This document shows positions 58,386 through 64,000 of a stretch of 64,000 nt of DNA, one piece after another (position 1 is the stretch's first letter; each line of letters opens with the position of its first letter). The stretch is from Camelus dromedarius (lineage: Eukaryota), in contig NC_087466.1 in assembly GCF_036321535.1 (NCBI RefSeq), positions 2,046,001-2,110,000 of the forward strand, read 5' to 3'. The translations under genes were made by a program, and so were the position numbers. The notes beneath the pieces are model-generated. The model saw nothing but the letters and a program-made list of their open reading frames with translations, was not told the DNA's origin and did not search any database.

Positions 58386-60299
58386 GACTGTTACCCACGA
58401 ATTGCATCCGGAGAGCGTGGGACCCCCTGTGTGTCTGTGCCCCCCCGGGAGGCAGGCAAGTGGAGGCTTCTGCTCTGTGCTCAGGGAGTCCAGCTGCCAA
58501 CGGGGGTGGGGGGAGGGTGCAGGCTTGCCGAGAGACCCCCACAGTCACAGCACTTCGGACAGGGCCAGGATTGTTCACGCTGACGTGTTGTGCTCTTTGT
58601 CGTGTTCACGCTGGGTCCCCCGGGCCTGGTCTGGCACAGATTGGGCCCTCCGAAATCAGTTATTGAGCAGACGCACAAATGGCTATTTATATTTTGACAG
58701 AGAGAGTAAAAGCTCCCTTCGCCAGCGGGCCTCGCAGCTGCCCCTGGCAGAGGTGGCGGGGACCAGGGCCTGCGGCTGCCTGCCACACCAGCCGCCTTTG
58801 GAGGCTGCGGTGGGTGGGGGTGGTGCTGCAGGCCAGGTGGCCTGGGGCTTGCACTGGGGGGCTCGCTCCTGCGGGGTGAGCGGGCCTGAGAGGTGAAAGC
58901 AGGTGGGCTGGCAGGTGGGGGTGGCGCGGGGGAGGCTGCCTCTCTGACGGGCAGCCCTCTGCCCGAGGACCTTCTACTCTTCCTGGGTGTTGCCCCCACA
59001 AGCCTCGCTTGGGAGCTGGTGGGTGTGGAGGCCACGAACCCTCACCTCTTGGCCTCTCCCTCCTTTCTGCCCAGCATGGCCACCGCTTCAGTCCAGTCCA
59101 GTGTCCTCCGCACCCCATTCCCCTTCCCGTGCCCTGATGCGGGCCTGCTCTCTGCCAGACAGGACAAGGCTGAGACATCTGCGCGCCGGCCCTGGTTAGA
59201 AGCCCTTCTTCCCTGAGGACCTTCCTTAGGAGCTCCTCGCTTGCAGAGAGGGTTGCCTGGGGCTCCCTGGGGCACTGGACAAGGGGCAGGAGCCACCACA
59301 GAGGGTGTCCCAGAGGGTCAGCTGGGAGATGGAAGGTCCAGGGCCCCCTCTGCACTTAGGTGCCATCGAGTCTCCTAACGTAGAGGCCTTTCTAGTGTCA
59401 CTGGCCACTTCTTAGGTCCCTGGACTGGTTGGCCGGCAGAGCTCTGTGGTCATTGAGGACGGAACCGGAGGACTAGAACCGCCTGGAAGCGGTGGGCTGG
59501 GCCTCTGCAGCAGTCTCTGGTGATCTTTTGGCCACCCTGGGGCACAGACACCTGCCTCAGATCCCCCCACCCAACCGCAGGAGGGACGCGGGCACAGACC
59601 ACGTGTGAGCTGTGTGGAAGCAGCGCAGTCTGGAAACAGGAGGTTGTGGTTTTTCACATTTACAAAAACTCACTTATAGATTACATAAATGGAAAGGTAC
59701 TTTTAATACAAGTTTTTGACTTTTTTATTTGACACTGTTTTGGAGGTCTTTGTAGGTCAGTGCATACAGCTTTACTTTATTCTTTTTTTTTTTTTTAATT
59801 AAATAAGACTTCATGAGAACGTCCCTAGGCTTGTTTTGCCCGTGGGGCTGGTTGCAGAAGCCCTTGTATCAGAACATCTCCCACCAGAAGCCGCAGGTGA
59901 GAGGTGGCATGGCCAGTGAGGAGACCTAAGTCGGGAAGCCCGCCGCACCCTTCCCCGCCTCTCGGGGGCTTGGCTCAGCCCAGAGCTGTCAGCGGCAGCT
60001 TGAGGTTGACTCCTGGTATTTACATGTGTTTATGCTTTAACTCAAGTTTGTGTTTGTATTTACCTAAGTGGCATAACTCCACCAAGGATAATTTAGAATC
60101 AGAGTGGCCATTTAGAGGAACTTGGACATGAACAGAATGATTCAGTTGGGAGGTGCCTGAAGGGCAGAAATGAAACCAAATCCAAAGATCCAGTGGTCAG
60201 GAGTTTTTATTGGTATGAGAAAGGTTTAATTCCAAAAAGAATTAAGATTTCAAAATGTCTTCCTTCAGAGGAATGCAGAGAGTTACCTCATTAAAAAAA

Positions 60300-61900
60300 A
60301 AAAAAAAACTTTTTACTTTGGAAACACATCATACCTGTAGAAAACTTGCAAGAGTAGTGCTGTGAAGTCCACCTGTATGCCGTTCACTTAAGTTCACTGA
60401 CTGAACATCCAACTCACCACACACTTGCAGCCCTGTATGTGTGTGTGCGTGTGTGTGCACATATGCATAGACATGAAATATATCTGCATACACATCACAC
60501 GCCCTCATTTCTGACTTCCTGGCTCCTGTTTCCAGAGAACAAGGCCATCTGGGGAGCACAGGGCAGGCTGTGGTACTAGGGTGTGGTACTAGGAGCCAGA
60601 CCCCCGTTTTGCCAGTTGTCCGTTTACCACATTTTCCCCCAGTCCAGGCTCCAGCCCAGGATTGTGAGTTGCGTTTAACTGTCACGTGCATTTAATCTGA
60701 AATCTGGGACAGCTCCTTAGCTTTCGTTGTCTTTCATGGTGTGGACTTTTTAGAGAGTCCAGGCCAGCTGTTTGATAGAATATTCCTCCTCCTGGGGTTG
60801 TCAGGTTGCTTCCTGGTGGTCAGATTCAGTCGTTCCATCTTTCGCAGGAGTGACCCCCTGGACACTGAGTCTGCCTCAGTGCCCTCACCCCAGACATAGC
60901 TGGCTGCTCATCCCAGGAAAGGCGCTGTTAACCTTCGCCATGTGCTGGGGTGGCTTTGACTGCATTTTTCTACTGGAAAAGTGGCCTTTCCCCCTCTGTG
61001 ATTGGCAGGTCCTCTGCAGGGAGATGGAGAGCCTCTCGCGGTGAATTTAAGCATCTGGTGATGCCTCTTGCCTAAGTCACCTATTGCTGTGATGGTTGCT
61101 GAATGATGGTTTTCAGGGGGAAGGTGTAGCTCAAGGGGTAGAGCATGTGCTTAGCATGCACGGGGTTCTGGGTTCAAGACCCAGTCCCTCCATTTAAAAA
61201 TAAGTAAGTAAATAAATACACAGAATTACCTCTCCCCCCGCAAAAAATTTAAATGATGGTTTTCTTTTTTCCTTCCTTCCTCTTGTGTAGTCGACTGTAA
61301 AAAAAAAAAGCTCGGTCTTGCTCTTCAACTTTTTAACATTGTTATGGATTCATGGATTCTTCTTTTTACTTAGTGAATCATAGTGTGTTATTGTCATTGT
61401 TCGTTTTGATGCTTATATTGCTGTTGATTTGGGCATTGGGAGCCCTTCAGGCTGGCTTGTGTGTCCTTCCAACTCGTCACGTTCACGTTGAACATTCCTC
61501 ATCACCAGGCTCACCTTGTGTCTTCCATTCGCCCTGTATTTTTCCACGGAGCACTGGTTCCTTTCAGCAGGGGATGGTAATCTTGGAGAAACCAAGATGT
61601 TGGTGCTGTGTTCATCGCCACGAGGACCTTGCAGTCCAGCTGGGGCGTGTGTCCATCCCGTGTGTGGGCGTAGGGGTGAGTGTCTTTTTCTCTTTTTGTC
61701 TGAGTTCATACTGTGTCTTTTAGTTCTGACCCAGCATCACAGGGTCTTGCTTGCTTTCCCCATTTCACATTTATGTCTCCCTTTTTCTACAGTAGAACTC
61801 TGGCATCCAGCAACATTAGTGGATTCACTATTTGCTTAAACCTACAGAGCACACAGAATAGTTTCAGAAGTGCTGTACCCACGACCACTGCCAACAGCAG
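60300..61900 (-). mobile_element. L1MC-type 3'-end fragments, antisense, interrupted by a SINE
   Basis: ttttactttggaaacacatcatacctgtagaaaacttgcaagagtag...ggacagctccttagctttcgttgtctttcatg...ccaggccagctgtttgatagaatatt. Confidence 0.65.
61115..61251 (+). mobile_element. tRNA-derived SINE (camelid-type) with 13-bp TSD
   Basis: ggggaaggtgtagctcaaggggtagagcatgtgcttagcatgcacggggttctgggttcaag...aattacctctccccc. TSD aatgatggttttc at 61102-61114 and 61252-61264. Confidence 0.92.
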
Positions 61901-63549
61901 GCCGCCCTAGTTAGGGCTTTTGTGATTTTTGCAGCTCTTTTTGTCTTTAGACTGATGGTTTATAGTCAAAGTACTGGGTCAAAAACTATTTGGATTGTCA
62001 TCTGTGTGTCTGTTACTGTTATGTTCAAAACTGTCTTGATTTGAAACCACTTTTATTAGATAAATAGTACTGAGAAAGGCATTTACTGTAATCTCATGAT
62101 TATACCAAGCTTCTGTTTCATCACACTATTTGCTAGGGAAACATCTCATCTTCCAATAGGTTGTAGTATTTTCCTGGGTAAATTAAAATACTGTTTTAGT
62201 AGATATTTACCACTTTGATGTACTGGCTCTCGTAGTATGTGCTGCTGTTTGCCAGTGTTGCTTCTGTGGGCTGAGGAGAATTACGAATGTTGAGTGAATG
62301 ATTGCTTGGCATCATTGAGAAGAAAGGCCAAGTAAAATTTGTAACAATTACGTTCTTTAGATTTTTGCATTACTTGAGGCTATTAGTTACTGTTTTTTAT
62401 TTTGTCACCTTAAAGCTTTTGACAGAGTGTATCAGAAATGACTCTGTGACACCAGCTGCAGTGTGGTGTCCCGGGGAGGATGCTGGAGTGGGGAGGGGGG
62501 TTTCGGGGACAAGTTGTAGGATTCAGTTCTTGGAGGTGTGGTGGTGGCTCCCAGCTGTGACAGCATGTCCTGGTGTTGGACGGAATGAGGACACGAGGTG
62601 AGGGACGTTCAGGAGCTTTGCTGTAAACCTAAAATTATTCCAGAATTGAAAATGTATTTAAAAAGTGATTTGCGGATAATAATTGAGTATTTTTAATGAC
62701 TTATTTTTTTCTCTAAGAGTCCTGAGACCTCGTTGTCCTGGTTTTGTCCTTGACTGCAGTTTTGGCAAATCACTCTTTATTTCAGATTCTTCCTCAGGAA
62801 AATAAATGGAGAGTTAGATGTCCAGGATCACTTGGGCTCAGGTTTGTTGAGCACACACCCAGGCCCACCATCCAGCACCGTTTGTGTTCTCTGTCCTCCC
62901 CACAGCATGTTTCTGTGCTCCGATCGTCGGGGCCGGTGGCATGAAAGGCCGTGTGAAGGCGGCCCACCCCCGGCCCAGGGTTTGGGTGTGCTCGTGCTTA
63001 GGCCGTGCGTGACGGCCCTGTTTGAGGTGGGGAGCCAGTGGAGCAGGTGGGTCTGTTTCAGAGATTAGGATGCCAAGGCCTTAAGAGGATGATGACCTTG
63101 CCTGGTGGTGTCACCTGGCTTTTAAGTAGATGCAGGACCAGAAACTGAAGTCTGCTTATGGGTCCACGCGCTCTGCTCCCTGTTGCACGATTTCATTGCA
63201 ATGGAAGAGCTGTGGGGAGCTGAGGGGAGGTGCGCCATCTGGTCCCCCCTCCCCCCCCGCCGCCACCGAGAGGGACACAGACTCTGTCACGGCTCTGTGG
63301 ACCTGGCTGAGCAGTGCTTTAGTGGCCTCCCCGGTGACCTCACCGGCCTGCAATGCCCTCCGGGCCTTCTTCTCCTGGCTTTTCTTGTCTTCCCTCTGTG
63401 ACCATGACCATGGCCTCCAGTCCGCGGTGCTGACGCCCCGCTTCTGCCCCACTACCTCTGCGTCTTCCTCAGTGCCCTTCAGGTGGCGGCTCACGTTTGG
63501 CCTGTATGCTGGCCCGGTCCTGTGTAACCTCCCCCCTACCCTGAGAGAT

Positions 63550-64000
63550 GTTTTTTCAAGTCCCTTGCCCATTTTGTAATTGGGTTGTTTGCTTTGAGAT
63601 TGTTGAATTTCAGGAGTTCTCTGTATATTCTGGTTACTAACCCTGATCACGTACATGATTTTCAGATATTTTCTCTCATTCTGTGGTTGCATTTTTACTT
63701 TGTTATTGAAGTTTGATGTGGTCCCTTCTGTCTACTTTTGCCTTCGTTGCCTGCGCTTTTGGTGTCATGTCCAAGAAACCATCGCTACATCCAATGTCAT
63801 GAAGGAGTGGTATAGTTTCAGGTCCTTGCATTTAAGTATTTAATCATTTTGAGTTAATTTTTGTATATGGGATAAGGTTAGGTCCAGCTGCATTCTTTTG
63901 CACATAGATGTCCAGTGCTCCCAGCACTATTTGTTGGAGAGACTGTCCTTTGCCGTTGTGTGGCCTTGGCACTCTGTCAAAGATCATTCGACCATATGTG
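63550..64000 (-). mobile_element. LINE-1 ORF2 3' fragment, antisense
   Basis: gatattttctctcattctgtggttgcatttttactttgtt...ttaatcattttgagttaatttttgtatatgg...tcccagcactatttgttggagagactgtcc. Confidence 0.85.

Overview
Mammalian genomic DNA syntenic to human 22q11.2 (DiGeorge critical region). The tRNA-derived SINEs suggest a camelid; this is inferred from the repeat sequence and not proven. Gene order, left to right: a collapsed CLTCL1 (clathrin CHC22) pseudogene remnant buried in L1/LTR debris; SLC25A1 (+, 9 exons, 308 aa); a gene-less CpG island; a CpG-rich cluster of K50-homeodomain (TAATCC) sites; GSC2 (+, 3 exons, 201 aa); ESS2/DGCR14 (+, 10 exons, 478 aa); intronless TSSK2 (-, 362 aa) and TSSK1 (-, 421 aa as assembled, with a 146-nt N run); and exon 1 plus part of intron 1 of DGCR2 (+). 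Most notable observations: (1) CLTCL1 exon relics lie only ~11 kb apart, and the last exon preserves a CHC17-like tail. (2) A distal TAATCC cluster shares its extended motif with three sites in the GSC2 promoter, suggesting a GSC2/OTX feedback circuit. (3) An apparent 1-nt frameshift extends TSSK1 up to its poly(A) signal. (4) A minisatellite triplicates the ESS2 exon-5 splice donor. (5) TSSK1 and TSSK2 share a double CRE-like palindrome and start-stop uORFs. (6) A uORF stop codon directly abuts the DGCR2 start codon. Comparisons with human or mouse sequences are from memory and need alignment to confirm. Repeat boundaries are approximate.
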